A stretch of DNA of 64,000 bases. Origin: Octopus vulgaris (taxonomy: Eukaryota). The notes below the pieces were generated by a model. The model did not search any database. It had not been told where the DNA came from and worked only from the letters and a program-made list of their open reading frames with translations. Numbering within the stretch: position 1 is the first letter of the stretch; the number at the start of each line of letters is the position of its first letter. Shown in pieces: positions 41,747 through 56,945 of the stretch. The stretch spans positions 70,556,001 to 70,620,000 of the forward strand of contig OX597830.1 of assembly GCA_951406725.2 (NCBI GenBank), given 5' to 3'. The translations under genes and the position numbers were made by a program.

Positions 41747-42803
41747 TCATCGTTGTTATTATCTTTTTGTTATTGGTAAAGTTGTTGTTACTGGTGTTGT
41801 TGTTATTGGTGGTTGAGTGGTGGTAGTAATGGTGGTAATGGTGGTGGTGGTGGTAGTGGTTTGGTGTAGTTGGTATTAGCTGTACCGTAGATGATTATTC
41901 AAGATAAACTCTTTCCTGTTGTAGCAAATGCGGAAAACAGTAACATCATCATCATCATCATCATCAACAACAACAACAACAATAACAACAACAACAAAAA
42001 CAAAAACAACAATAGCAAAGCACTTTTGTTACCATCGTTTATACAAGTTTTACATTTCTTTAATTAGCGCACTATTCACCCTTCGCAACCTCACTGTCTC
42101 CACCTCAGCATCTCAGCATCTCATCACTATTCCTCACCACTACTGCTCACCATGTCTCCAGACAACACCTCTCCTCCACTTTTCCGCTTCTCCATCTTTC
42201 TTTATCCCCCTACTCTCTTCCACCTCATCTTTATTTCTTCTCCATCTCACCACAATTCCGCGCTACCTCACCCCAAATCCTCACCCTCTCACAAGTGTTC
42301 CTCAACCCACCACCTCTCAATTACTCCTCGCCAATATTCCCACTTACCTACAAGAACATCATTTATCATTGACAATTATCAAAAATCAACCACAGAGTCT
42401 TCTCTCGGCAATAAAAACACAAAAAAATTTTTTTGAATATACGAAAGATAAGAAAAGCAAAAAAAAAAAAAAATACATACTAAACTATAAATGACCACAA
42501 ACACAACAAAACACGAGACAATCGACATTCTCACTAATTTAAGAGGTGGCCATTTAATTAGATTCTCGCTGGCAAGTAGGGAATAATAAATAAAATCACA
42601 TTTTTTTTACTGTGTTTTTATTTTTAAAAAAACAACAAAAAACAACAAAAAACAACAACAAAAACAAAGAAAGTAAACGAACGTCAAGAAAAATTTCATT
42701 CAAATAAAAGACAATTCCATAATTGAAGTGAGCAAACACTTAAGATAATGGAATTTGGTCGTCGTTATCAATATTAAGACTGTAGAAATCATCATCATCA
42801 TCG

Positions 42804-42848
<45 letters not shown>

Positions 42849-42995
42849 CCATCATCATCCTCATCATCATCATCATCATCATTATTTATTAGCGATTAAT
42901 ATTATCGACATTGTTACTATTGTTATCATTATTATTGTTGCTCATTTTCTCCTCCTCTTCCTCCTCCTCCTCCACCTCATCATTATTATTGCTGA

Positions 42996-43050
<55 letters not shown>

Positions 43051-43433
43051 CATTACTACTAATGTTATTGTCGTTGATATGAAAATTTATTACCGCAGTA
43101 TTACTAATACTTTTATTCTAAAAAAATGCTCTTAGATTCAACTTCTTCCACTTCCACCTCGCATACTATTACTACTACTACTACTACTACTACTACTACA
43201 ACAATAATAATAATGTTTATGGCTATTGTTGTTCTTATGGTTGTTGGTCATATTTTCACTTTATGTGTATTTTTATGCCGTATAATCGTATTCAAATATG
43301 ACATATATGTAGATATATATGTAGGTACTTATTTATGCATATATACATAAATTATACAATATATATATATATATATATTATATATGTATATATGCTTGCA
43401 TATATATATATATATATGTATACATGTTTATAC

Positions 43434-43490
<57 letters not shown>

Positions 43491-43927
43491 ATATATATAT
43501 ATGAAGAAGTGCGTAAATCATAACAGGAGTCTGCTGTTGGTGAGATAATACTCTGTGAATGTTCGCTCACAGCCAGTTGTATTGCACACACAGAGTCTTT
43601 CACACATAAATACACATATATGTTATCTTGTTGCCGTTCATATTAATATAAATCCCTCATAAATTTTACCATTTATAGTTTATTGTCTTTGTATGTGTGT
43701 GTGTGTGTGTGTGCTTGTGTGGACGTGTTATTAGCCATGTATCTTCATATGTACATGCCCATTTTTATATCCATACACACAAACGTTATATACAGATATG
43801 TGCGCGAGCATATATGTGAAATTTGGAATATGCCCAGTATGAATAAGAAGGCCATAGTTCAAATGAGGACTCAGTACATGTATTAGATATACTTATTAGG
43901 ATGTGTGTGCGTGTGTATGTATATATA

Positions 43928-44120
43928 TACGCAAAGGTGCTGAAAAGTTCCTGCTTTATGAAGGGTGTCACGAAAAGTCCAACCTTCCGAGATCTTCTAT
44001 GGGACATAGAAAAACTAGAGGACCGCTGTAATATCTGTGTGAATCTGAGAGAAGAATATGTTGAATAAAATCATAACTGTTCCTCCTGTATTTTCTTTTA
44101 CCCAAAGCCAAGAACTTTCC

Positions 44121-44122
<2 letters not shown>
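43928..44122 (+). mobile_element. Mariner-derived MITE
   Basis: Imperfect TIRs gaaaagttcctgcttt / aaagccaagaactttcc; internal LEDRCNICVNLREEYVE* matches a mariner transposase C-terminus. Confidence 0.7.
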
Positions 44123-44151
<29 letters not shown>

Positions 44152-44221
44152 CGCGTGCGTGTATAGGCGCAGGAGTGGCTGTGTGGCAAGAAGCTTTTTT
44201 TCCAACCACATGGATCCGGGT

Positions 44222-44254
<33 letters not shown>

Positions 44255-45323
44255 CAATAATGAAAGCAGCAAAAAATCACAAGAGAACTTGGCATTAACC
44301 CTGAATTAGACGAAGAATCTGAAACCACTGCCACTAAACAAGCAAAACAGATCAAGTAGACTGCAAAAAGGAAAGGGAAGAAACAAATTGAGGAACGGTG
44401 GGGCCAGAAGTCTCTGCATGGACAGTATATACTTCGAAGCCGAGATGTTGATGTAGACCAAGCAACAACCCATCAGTGACTGAGAAGCTCATGACCGAAC
44501 TCAGAGACTGGAGGTTTCATATTAGTGGCACAAGATCAAAGCTTGTTTACCAAAAACTACTAGGCTAACATTCTTCAAAACGAATTCTGACCCTAAATGC
44601 ATATTCTGCGATAAATTTGATGAAAAAATAGACCACCTCGTCTCGGGATGTCTTGTGCCAATAACAAATGAATACAAAAGTCCCCACGACAGGGGAGGAC
44701 AGTATTTATATAGGAAAATATGTAAACACTATAAAATTAGTACTCCTGCTTACTGGTATGAACATCATCTTGAGTCAGTCGTTGAAGATAAAATGTTACT
44801 ATCCTCTGGGATTTTCCGGTCAACACCGACAGAACGATCCAGGCTAACCGACCAGACATAGTCATTAAAGACAAGGAAGAAAATACTTGTAGACTAATAG
44901 ATGTAAGTGTTCCCACTGATAAAAATATATTTGTAAAGGAATTTGACAAATTAAGTAAATATAAGGACCTGGAAACCGAAATGCAAAAGATGTGGCATCT
45001 TAAAGCGAGAACTGTTCCTGTTATTGTAGGTGCCCTGGAGGTGATAAGAAAGGGATGTCAGAAACATCTAGATAAGATCCCAGGAGAACCATATCTCAGA
45101 GAAATCCAAAAGATTGTGCTGACAAATACTGCCCACATCCTTAAAAAAACACTATCAATTTAAATATCTGTGTCGTATTACATGAATATATTTCGTTACT
45201 GTCCCTGTCACTGCCCCTTCCCAAGCTTTCAGTCACATTGTAACATCTCTTATCCTTCATTTGCCCCAAGACGCTGGCTGTGTCTCGGCAAGTGACTGTA
45301 ACAAACATGCAGATTAACAGTAA
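44255..45323 (+). mobile_element. R4/Dong-like non-LTR retrotransposon 3' fragment (CCHC knuckle, restriction-like endonuclease, 3' UTR) in (GAT)n
   Basis: HGQY..AQDQSL, CIFC..IDHLVSGC, ANRPDIVIKD..LIDVSVP..KLSKYKDL..PVIVGAL; stops and frameshifts; (GAT)n at both ends. Confidence 0.9.
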
Positions 45324-45399
<76 letters not shown>

Positions 45400-45418
45400 T
45401 AATAATAATAATAATAAC

Positions 45419-45453
<35 letters not shown>

Positions 45454-45504
45454 GAAGAAGAAGAAGAAGAAGAAGAATGATAATAATAATAATAATAATA
45501 ATAA

Positions 45505-45783
<279 letters not shown>

Positions 45784-45784
45784 G

Positions 45785-45848
<64 letters not shown>

Positions 45849-46329
45849 TAATAATAATAATAATAATCTTTTCTGCTACAGGCACAAGGCCTGAAATTTA
45901 GAGTAGAAGGATAGTCAATTACGTTGACCCCAGTGCATAACTGGTGCTTATTTCATCGATCCCGAAAGGATGAATGGCAAAGTCGACCTCGGTGGAATTT
46001 GAACTCAACGTAAAGACGGACAAAATGCCTCTAAGCATTTTCCCCACAGTGCTAACAATTCTGCCAGCACAATAAAAAATCATTTCTAATGAAAGCACAA
46101 GGCCCGAAATTTGAGAGGAGGGGACTAATCGATTACATTGGTCTTAGTATTTCACTGGTACTTAATTTATCGCCCCCACCCCCACCCCCCAGCCAACAAA
46201 GGATGAAAGGCAATGCCGACCTCGGCAGAATTTGAACTCAGAACATGAAGACGGGCGAAATTATTTCACCCGATGTGGAGGTCACCGCTCTAATTTGCTT
46301 CTTCATGTATAGGCAATCAGTGTCTGTAC

Positions 46330-47340
46330 GTGAATGATGGGCTCCGAGAGCAAGTGGGGGAAGGAGACGCATAAGTATGGAAGACTGCGTACGTATCGAA
46401 CTCGGGAGCTTACTGAAATGCCTATCTCAATGTAAGGAAACCTTGCTAGTGTCAGTTAGGTGTGGGGGAATATTAAACTAAACAAGAAGTACAAAAAGGA
46501 CATAAATAAGTACTACGCAACAAGGGACTGCACAATCAATTCCATGTAGCCACAAGTGAAGTTGCTGGAAAACATTGGTGGCACTGGCTGAAGAAAGGAG
46601 TAATGAAAAGAGACAGAGAGCACCATACTTATTTCGTTACTACCCACAAGGGGCTAAACACAGAGAGGACAAACAAGGATAGACAAACGGATTAAGTCGA
46701 TTACATCGACCCCAGTGCGTAACTGGTACTTATTTAATCGACCCCGAAAGGATGAAAGGCAAAGTCGACCTCGGCGGAATTTGAACTCAGAACGTATAGC
46801 GGCAGACGAAATACCGCTAAGCATCTCGCCCGGCGTGCTAACGTTTCTGCCAGCTCGCCGCCAGTATGAGAGCACCATACTGGCAGCGCAAGACCAAGCT
46901 TTGGCCACAAATTGGGGGAGGGGGTTAACCATAGGAATGAACAAGTGTCTCTACTGTGCCACATGTGTAATAGAGTGGACGAAACCATTGCCCATATAGT
47001 GAACGAATACCCTAAACTTGCTCAAAACCATTACAAGTTGTGGCTGGTGACACGATGAAACTATGTGAAAAGTGGGGTCGAGAGAGAAGCAAGACGTGGT
47101 ATAAGCGCAAACTGCAGTGAGTGACGGAGTCAGAGACCTGCAAAATCCTGTGGCATTTCCCAATCCAAATAAATCAGGTGCTAGAGCATGAGGAACCGGA
47201 CCTTGTGGTAGTGGACAAGGTGCACCACATATACTATATAGTTCATATTGCGTGTCCTTTTGTCCTTTTGACCCACGAATGGTCAATAAGGAAGGCGAGA
47301 AAATAAATTAGTACGATATAGCTCGACTATAGAAAATGAA
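46330..47340 (+). mobile_element. Second, older R4/Dong-like fragment interrupted by SINE B
   Basis: WHWLKKG..ESTILAAQDQALATN and CKILWHFPIQ..PDLVVVDK..IACPF. Confidence 0.8.
46630..46862 (-). mobile_element. SINE B, full-length monomer, tail type 1, 14-bp TSD
   Basis: TSD gagagcaccatact at 46616-46629 and 46868-46881. Other B copies near 22347-22546(-), 37520-37675(+), 41181-41395(+), 45866-46068(-), 46082-46272(-). Confidence 0.92.
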
Positions 47341-48313
47341 GTTTTCTACTATAGCCTCAGGCCGACCATAGCCTTGTGAGTGGATTTGGTAGAAGGAAAC
47401 TGAAAGAAGCACATCGTATGTATGTATGTATGTATGTATGTATGTATGTATGTATGTATGTATGTATGTATGTATGTATGTATTTATATTTACGTGTGTC
47501 TGTCTTTGTGTTTGTCACCCCACTACCATTTGACAAACAATGCTGGTGTGTTTGCATCCGCATAACTTAGCAGTTCGGCAAAAGTAACTGACAGAATAAG
47601 TACCAGGCTTAAAAAATTAGTACTGGCGTCAATACACTCGACTAAAATTTCTTCAAGGCGATGCCCCGGCATGGCCGTAATCTAAGGACTGAAACAAGTA
47701 AAAACAATCTATTTGACTGAAAGATTCATTTAGCACTGACCTCAAGTGTAAAAGCGCACACCTTGTTTGTTGCGGTAAGCAAGTTTCTTGGGACCCAAAG
47801 ATTTTGATTGAAGGTAAATAGAGCGTTAATTAGAGAAATGTAAAATTTGTATAAACACTTAGCACAGGCGTAACTGTGAGGTAAGAAGTTTGCACTAGAT
47901 GCCATTTTCTGGCATCTGTGATCGTTCAAAGAGCTGCATTTTGTACAACTTTTACTTTATTCCAAGTAGTGTTTGGTATTAAGGAATTGGTTACACAGTA
48001 GACGCTCATAATTAAGAATTAATCACTACTATTTGCTTTATCTTAGTAGTTAATGATGCCGTTATTATTGCTAATCCCAGCTCAGTATTTCAGCCGTGAT
48101 TATAATGTTTGTTTCCAAATATCACAGATCACACAATAGACTGTCTTTTATTATAGGCAAAATGGCAGAATCTTTTGACGCCGGACAAAATGCTAAGCGC
48201 CATTTCTTCTGGCTTAATGTTCTGAATTCAAATTGCGCTGAAGTCGACATTGTCTTTCAATCTTTGTCTTTCTATAACAACGGTATCGATAAGATAAATT
48301 CCAGTTCAGCATT

Positions 48314-48443
<130 letters not shown>

Positions 48444-48791
48444 ACACACAGACTTCTTATCATACAGACACGCCTGCGCCCATATGTATAAATACATACA
48501 TCGGTGTCGTCGTCATTAACTCGAGTCCGAATAGTTAAACTCTATCGAGTGATTCTTTTTCAAGGCACAGATGGCATTCGAATGTTTTTGTCTAGGTTGG
48601 ACCATGTGTTGCAAATCACAACACCTACACACCTGGCCACACGCCTTCACCATCGGCACCTTTGGGAGTAATGACATGCTGGGCCTAGTTAGGGTGGTTG
48701 CAGCGAGATACCGGATGTCTCAGATATAATTGAGGTCTGCTTTTGTTCGTGCAAGCCCGCATGGCAGCGGTGGTTTTATATCAGTTTCCTT

Positions 48792-48830
48792 CCAGGCTGA
48801 CGAGGTCCATCGACCCGAAAGCACACGTTC
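48792..48830 (+). ncRNA. Hammerhead-like core in a GC-richer repeat
   Basis: CTGACGA-ggtc catc gacc-c-GAAA-gc acac gt-TC; stem I partner not evident. Confidence 0.5.
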
Positions 48831-49121
48831 AAGCTAACAGGTTGCCGGAACCCAAACAGATGCTGCTACACCGAGTCAGAATACACCTGGGAACAATAAT
48901 GGCTAAGAGATGGCTCCATACTCCTCAACTCTGGCGAACTCCTGTATCAAGGCCCGACTACTGGATGCAGTTTAAAGGCTTACCCAGGATTTAATTACAG
49001 GCGTACATGCGTAAATACATACACACACGCATACACACATACACACACATATATACATATGTATGTGTGTGTGTATATATATGTATATAAATATACATAT
49101 GTATATATATATATATATAAT

Positions 49122-49195
49122 AGGGCATTTTTCCCTTATAAGGTTTTTCACGCTAACTACTTGATACATTGTTATAAAGATTTTATCCTATATCT

Positions 49196-49262
<67 letters not shown>

Positions 49263-49366
49263 GTGTGTGTGTGTGTGTGTATATTAAGGGCATTTTTCCC
49301 TTATGAAGTTTTTCTCGCTAACTACTTGATAAATTCTTATAAAGGTTTTATCCTATATTTAAATTA
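49122..49366. repeat. 80-bp imperfect direct repeat separated by microsatellite
   Basis: 49122-49201 versus 49287-49366. Confidence 0.9.
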
Positions 49367-49472
49367 GATATATATATAAGCATGTGCGTGCAATGTTGAG
49401 ATGTATGTGTGTACATTTGTGTATCTGTTTATATAAATATATGTGTGTGAGTGCGTTTGAGTGTGTGTGCGC

Positions 49473-49509
<37 letters not shown>

Positions 49510-50112
49510 CGTGTGTGTGTGTACCTTATACTCATATTTTCATGACTACACAAACATAATATATTAAGCAGTAAATTTAACACCAAACATTTTCATGATA
49601 TATATCTATTTTATCTCAGATAATATACAGAGACTGGTATGTAATTATGTGAGTGTGTGTGTGTGTGTATGTGGTAATCTTGCCTCTGTGTATATATATC
49701 CATGTGCCTATGTGTACCTGTGTATTCATGTATGAGTGCACATACATAGTTATGTACGTGCGTTCGAGCCAATATGTCGTGTAATAAATACTAAGGTTTA
49801 TATGGTAGTATAATGATTAATACTTGTGCAATGTAAATATGTTAAAAATTAGTATAAATTAGTAATAATAAGTCAAATAAAAAAGCTATATATAAGGTGA
49901 TAATGTCAGCAATGTCAACAATAATGCGCCAATATATACAGGGTACTGAGATCGCACACATACACATATATATTTACACACGCACACGCATGTATACACG
50001 CGTAATAAATACATATATAGGTATAACTATACGTCTCTCTCTCTCACTCTCTCTCTATCTATCTATATAGGATCTATTTATATTTATGTATGTGTATGTA
50101 TGTATATATATG

Positions 50113-50179
<67 letters not shown>

Positions 50180-50365
50180 TAGAGTTTAGCGTTTGTGCGT
50201 GTGTATGTGTGTGTATGTGATTGTGTGTCTGTAGAAGCACAGAGACTTAATAAAAATGGTACAATTATGATATAAATGTCACTAATATTAAATATATTGA
50301 CTATATATTTTCTTGCATATATTAGAGTAGGTGACTGTGTATTTTCTGCGAGTATATAGTATGTG

Positions 50366-50441
<76 letters not shown>

Positions 50442-50479
50442 ACCCACTTGCAAACACATCTGGTAACATGTAACAATAT

Positions 50480-50785
50480 TGATCGAGGTTACCGTGGTCT
50501 TTTCCGAAGGCTTTTCTGCCCACGGATAAACCTTATCTGCTTCCCCCTTTACACCTTACATCATGACACTGTGATACACGATCCCTATTGATCGTTTTTT
50601 CCCCCTTTTTTTCTTTTTTTCTTTTCTTTTATTTCTTTTTCTTTTTTTTTCTTTTTTTCTTCTTTCCCTTTTACGATCCCTTTTGATCGAAAACCTACCC
50701 CACTTTTTTTCCCCAAAAAAAGAAAAGCTCTACTTTGTAATCTGCCCCGTCTGTGTGCAGCCCTGTGTAGCTAATAAAGAAACAT
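50480..50785 (+). mobile_element. 3' UTR of an unidentified LINE (L1/Tx1-like suspected)
   Basis: Pyrimidine-rich UTR ending cagccctgtgtagctAATAAAgaaac, similar to SINE B tail type 1; no ORF present. Confidence 0.5.
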
Positions 50786-50835
50786 ATCTGTATAGATATT
50801 AATGTACATGTACACAGGAATCTCTCTATATATAT

Positions 50836-50869
<34 letters not shown>

Positions 50870-50879
50870 TAAAACAATA

Positions 50880-51540
50880 AAATACAGACTGCTGGCCGGA
50901 TGGAACCTTAGAAATTTTAGAACTAGAGAACAAGAAGCGACGATGGTCATCTGCAGGACATATGTCCTCAGTCGCTTAGACCGCTGCTCACAAATATGTC
51001 CACTATATAGTGTAAAATTAACCCCGGAATTCGAAGCAGTCAAAATGTCAGCTATTGGGGAAGGTTGAAAAATTTAAGACTCTACGCCCTTGAGTGAAGT
51101 TGGGAAAGGTATGCAGTGATATGCAGCTGGAAAATTCTAGGACTGCTACCAATCTTTGGCACTGAAAGTTTCAAAAACAGCAGAACGAGGCGCCATTGCA
51201 TAATGTCAAAGATCCCAAAATTGGCATTAGGATACAGCTCCAGATACTGCAACGTCGTATGTTTCAAAAGGCCCACGGCCCTTCAGTGTACTACTGAAAG
51301 ATCTGAGAACTGCTTGGAGAGGATTAGGTGCCTTCAAAACAAAAGTGAGTGACCGCCTGTCAGGAGTTCCGGATGAGCTTTACTTAAAAGCAACAAACGC
51401 AGAAGACCGCATCAGCATCAAACTCACTCATTCATCAAATAATACGTATCAGAGCAGGTATCAAGTAGAGAGTGTAGTAAAGCTACCGGCGGGGCCTTAG
51501 CATAGCGCTGGCTCTGAAACTAGTTTAAGGAGTTTAAGAC
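50880..51540 (+). mobile_element. Diverged CR1-like LINE 3' fragment
   Basis: LAGWNLRNFRTRE..LDRCSQICP and WKILGLLPIFG..RHCIMSKIP; colinear with 13600-14285. Confidence 0.85.
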
Positions 51541-51863
51541 TGCATACATACAAATATACATACATACATATACATACATACATGCATACACACACACATA
51601 CATACACACACACACTCACACACACACACACACATACATACATATATATTCATTCATTCATCTATTTATATATTATTTTATTCTTTTACTTGTGGCAGTC
51701 ATTTGACTCCGGCCATACTGGAGGACCGTATTTAGTCGAACATATCGAACCCAAAACATATTCTTTGTAAGTCTTGTGCTTATTGTATCGGTCTCTTTTG
51801 CCGTAACGCTAGAGACACCAACATCGGTTGTCAAGAAATGGTTGCGGACAAACAGACAGACAG

Positions 51864-51899
<36 letters not shown>

Positions 51900-51912
51900 G
51901 TGTATATATATG

Positions 51913-51953
<41 letters not shown>

Positions 51954-51990
51954 ATATATGTATGTATATATATATATACATACATATATA

Positions 51991-52026
<36 letters not shown>

Positions 52027-52198
52027 TGTATGTATGTATGTATGCATGTAGGTAGGTATGTATGCATGTAGAACGTTGAAAAGGAACATACGAGTTGATA
52101 TATAAAGAAAAAAATGTCAAGGTAGAAAATAGTTTTATAAAAACATTTTTGTATAAAATTATTTTAGCATTTTCTACCTTGACTTTTTTTCCATATAA

Positions 52199-52236
<38 letters not shown>

Positions 52237-52594
52237 GCTTATTGATTACACTATGAGAGCATCACTGCTTAACACGTTTTTCAGAAATAATTTTGGGCCT
52301 TCTGAATACCTTCACGTACATTCAAATCGAGATAAAGTGTTATAACAGGTACGATTCAGGTGTGGTAGTGTAGTAGAGTGGATAGTTATATATATCGTAG
52401 TGCGCTCCGCAGGAGCTATCCTGAACGGCTTACAGGCTACTACATATTTATACATACATACATACATACATACATACTTACATACATACATACATACATA
52501 CATATATGCATATATATACATATATATATGTATATGTGTATATATATATATGTACATATATATATACATATATGTATGTAAACATGTATGTATA

Positions 52595-52630
<36 letters not shown>

Positions 52631-52739
52631 GAAATGAGGTAATCAGAAGATCGGACGGTTCATATTTACAGATATTTATTTATATATTACATTTTTTACA
52701 TATATATATCATATCATTCAGATCATTAGCGCTTTTTCC

Positions 52740-52795
<56 letters not shown>

Positions 52796-53169
52796 GTATA
52801 CATATACATTCTACTACTTTTCAAAGCTGCGTTCATGCTGTATTCCACCGATACACACAAACATGAATTCAAATATACATACACACACATATACACAAAT
52901 ACACTTATACACAGACATACACATATACATATATATATATGTATATATATATATATACATACACATACACATATATATGTATACATATATACATACATAT
53001 ATATATATATGTATATATACATATATTTATAATAGACATATGTATATATATATATATATATATATAAATATATTCATATATAAAACTTAGAAACTTAGAC
53101 TTAGATATGTTTCGACCAAAGATTGGTCCAGGCCATGTCTATATATATAAATTTATACATATATTTACA

Positions 53170-53214
<45 letters not shown>

Positions 53215-53631
53215 AGACGTCAACGTCGGTTTCCTTCCACCAAATTCATATACCTTATATATATAAAACATAATATATACATAGCCGAGTAGTGAGCAAT
53301 TCAATGTAAAGAACGTATTTGCGAGTATTATTATATGATTCGTACTGAGAAAAGAATTTTATATACTTATTTATTCGTCATTTTATTTATTTATTTATTT
53401 ATTTATTTATTCATTTATTTATTTATTTATTTATTTATAAATTCCACTTGCAGATCCTGTGTCTTTTCCATTCTTTTTTATCGAGTTAGATTTATCCGGT
53501 ATTTCGAGGGGTTGCGTATAAGACGAGGGAGCTACCTGGTTGACCTGTTATAAATATATAGATATATATATACAACGACATAAACATCATTATACAATAC
53601 ACTCACACACTTACTCAGCCACACACAAAAA

Positions 53632-53705
<74 letters not shown>

Positions 53706-54500
53706 CAACGGGCTTTTTCAGCACCCGGCTAGCAAATCCATTCACAAGACTTTGGTCGGCCCGAGGCTATAGTAGAAAACACTTACCCAAGGTGCCACGC
53801 AGTGAGACTGAACCCGGAACCACGTAGTTGGTATGCAAGTTACTTACAACACAGAAACCCTGCGCCTATAGTCACATACATACACACACACACACACATA
53901 TATGATATATATATATATATATTAATAAATGAAATAAAACATATGCATATATATAAACATATATATATATATATATATATATATGCGTGTATATATATGT
54001 GTGTGTGTGTATGAGTCTGTATATATATAATATTCAGATAGACAGACAGATAGATACAGAGGGTCATACAGAGACCCGTACATGTACATGTATGTGCTTT
54101 GAAATATGAATAATTATTTTAAAATGGAATTTATGTACGAAATACCAACCTAGGACAAATGAAGTAATATTTATTTATCATGGATTTGTGACATATTGAT
54201 TATTTGCTGAAAGATAGTTACCATGAATTTTGGCTAGGAAAGGTAGAAAGTTATAGAAACGGCATTTATAATATATAAATATATATACATATTTATAGAT
54301 AGATAGACAGATAGATATATAGATACACATAAATAGATAGATGGATAGGTAGATAGATAGATATACATAAATAGATAGATAGATAGATAGATAGATAGAG
54401 ATAGATAGATAGATAGATAGATAGACAAATAGATATATATATATATAGATAGATAGCTAGATAGATAGATAGACAAATAGATAGATAGATAGATAGATAT

Positions 54501-54606
<106 letters not shown>

Positions 54607-55259
54607 TTTCAAAAAGATTGATAATGTAGATACATGGATCGACATAACAATAGCATATTCATCGAAGCACACACATACACACACACATGATTACGCATTT
54701 ACATGCTCGTGAGTGGTGTTATGTGTGTGTGTGTGTGCGTAGACATAATTTCTATACATATATGATATATACATATATGTGTATGATATATATATGTGTA
54801 CAATATATAAATGTGTGTGTGTATATGAGTGTAAGTGTGTATGTGTGTATGCGTGTGTATGTGTGCTTGTGTGTGTGTGTGTGTGTGTGAGTATGCATGT
54901 TCGTGTACTATGCTGGTATGTGTACGATTACTACACACAGGCTCGCAAATATTCTTAAATACATATATACCGAGTCGCGCCCGTACTTAAATACTCAAGC
55001 AAAAGATTGTGTATATATCCAAACAAACCTGTCAATAAATGAAGTCTACCTAATGAGTAAATTCTAAGTCATTCTATATATCCTGCTTCTTTATATAATT
55101 AAGTTAAGTATGTATATATATATATATGCATAAGAGGGAGAGATAGAACGATCGATGTATATATATATATCCGTATATATATTCTTGCCAATGCATGAGT
55201 ATGTATATATGTATGTATGTTTCTATCTATCTATCTATCATTCTATCTATCTACCTATC

Positions 55260-55486
55260 TATACGGGGTGGGGGGCTGGAAAAATTGGTTTGCAACTATA
55301 CAACTATATCTTTCGCATTCATATATTAGCAATTTAGATCTTGATTATAAAAAAAATGTGAAACAATTATTCTATGCTAATTTAATTAATTGTAAGATAG
55401 AAATTTAAAACGTATTAAAAGGTTTTAAAAACAAATTTAACGTGCCTACGTGATAACTGTAAACCTACTTTTGGGCCACTTTCTAT
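55260..55486. mobile_element. Tc1-type MITE, degenerate
   Basis: Left tacggggtggg..aaaaattggtttgcaac versus right reverse complement tagaaagtggcccaaaagtaggtttacag; TA flanks. Confidence 0.45.
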
Positions 55487-55540
55487 ATTTAACTTTCGCT
55501 GTATTTGAGTGTGTGTATACATATTTATTTTATATGTAAA

Positions 55541-55722
<182 letters not shown>

Positions 55723-55819
55723 CGTATTTCTAGATATGCATATATGTGTTATATATATGTATATACATATATATGTGCATACATGTACATATATATATAC
55801 ATATATATATCTATACACG

Positions 55820-55851
<32 letters not shown>

Positions 55852-55918
55852 ATATATATACATATATATATCAATATATATATACTTATATATATGTATA
55901 TACATATATATATGTTTG

Positions 55919-55952
<34 letters not shown>

Positions 55953-56042
55953 CATATATATACATATATATACATATATATATACATATATATACATATA
56001 TATACATATATACATATATATGCATATATATATATATATATG

Positions 56043-56090
<48 letters not shown>

Positions 56091-56574
56091 CATATATATA
56101 TATATATATACAGCTGAGTGTGTGTCACCTCTCGTGTCTCTCTCTCTGACATTCTACATACAACAGTCGAAATAAAATTAAATCTTCAAACGAGTGTTTT
56201 TAAATCTTTTCTTAAATAATAATTTTCTTTTCTTCCTCTGGAAATTTCACGCAGGTTTTCTACCCAGAATTATTATTTTATTGCAAATTTTCCCCATTTG
56301 AAATAAATTTCATTCCTGGGATATTAAATTTTCAGCTCGTTCCACAAATCCTGGACGGGATCCTGAGGTCTTGCTTTATGAAGGGTTCCGTGAAATATGC
56401 GAAATTATGTTAAATGAAAGTTGTGGGTCACATTCTTTTTTGGTTTTGTGGTTCCGCTTGCATCGAATGGTTTTCGAGTTCAATAGCATGGCGCGGAACC
56501 ATGGGCAAGCGTCTTCTACTAGAGCACCGCATAAACTAGTGGTAGAAGGAAACTGTACGAATCCCTGTCGCGTT

Positions 56575-56628
<54 letters not shown>

Positions 56629-56629
56629 G

Positions 56630-56842
56630 AGTAATCCCTCAGGTGTTACGTTCCAACACCCTGCACGATAGGGGAAAATCCACGAAGTAGAAACAGTACT
56701 GTAGTGTATATTTGTTAAAATTATTTTTGTAATTTGTATATATTTATTTTATTATAAATGCAAAACAAAACCACGGAGGAATCGACTTAAGCTTAAATAA
56801 TAAACCGCGATAGGTGAACCGCGTTATGGCGAGAGATTACTG
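56630..56842. mobile_element. pogo/Tigger-type MITE
   Basis: Left agtaatccctc, right reverse complement cagtaatctctcg..cgcggttcacctatcgcgg (CAGT terminus). Confidence 0.6.
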
Positions 56843-56900
56843 TGCATGTATATATGCATGTATGTATGTATGTATATATATGTATGTGTGTGTGTATGTA

Positions 56901-56945
<45 letters not shown>

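Noticed and set aside
43535-43605. ttggtgag..actctgtg/cacagagt stem resembling a decayed hammerhead
   Set aside because: Both core segments are mutated; too degenerate to support.
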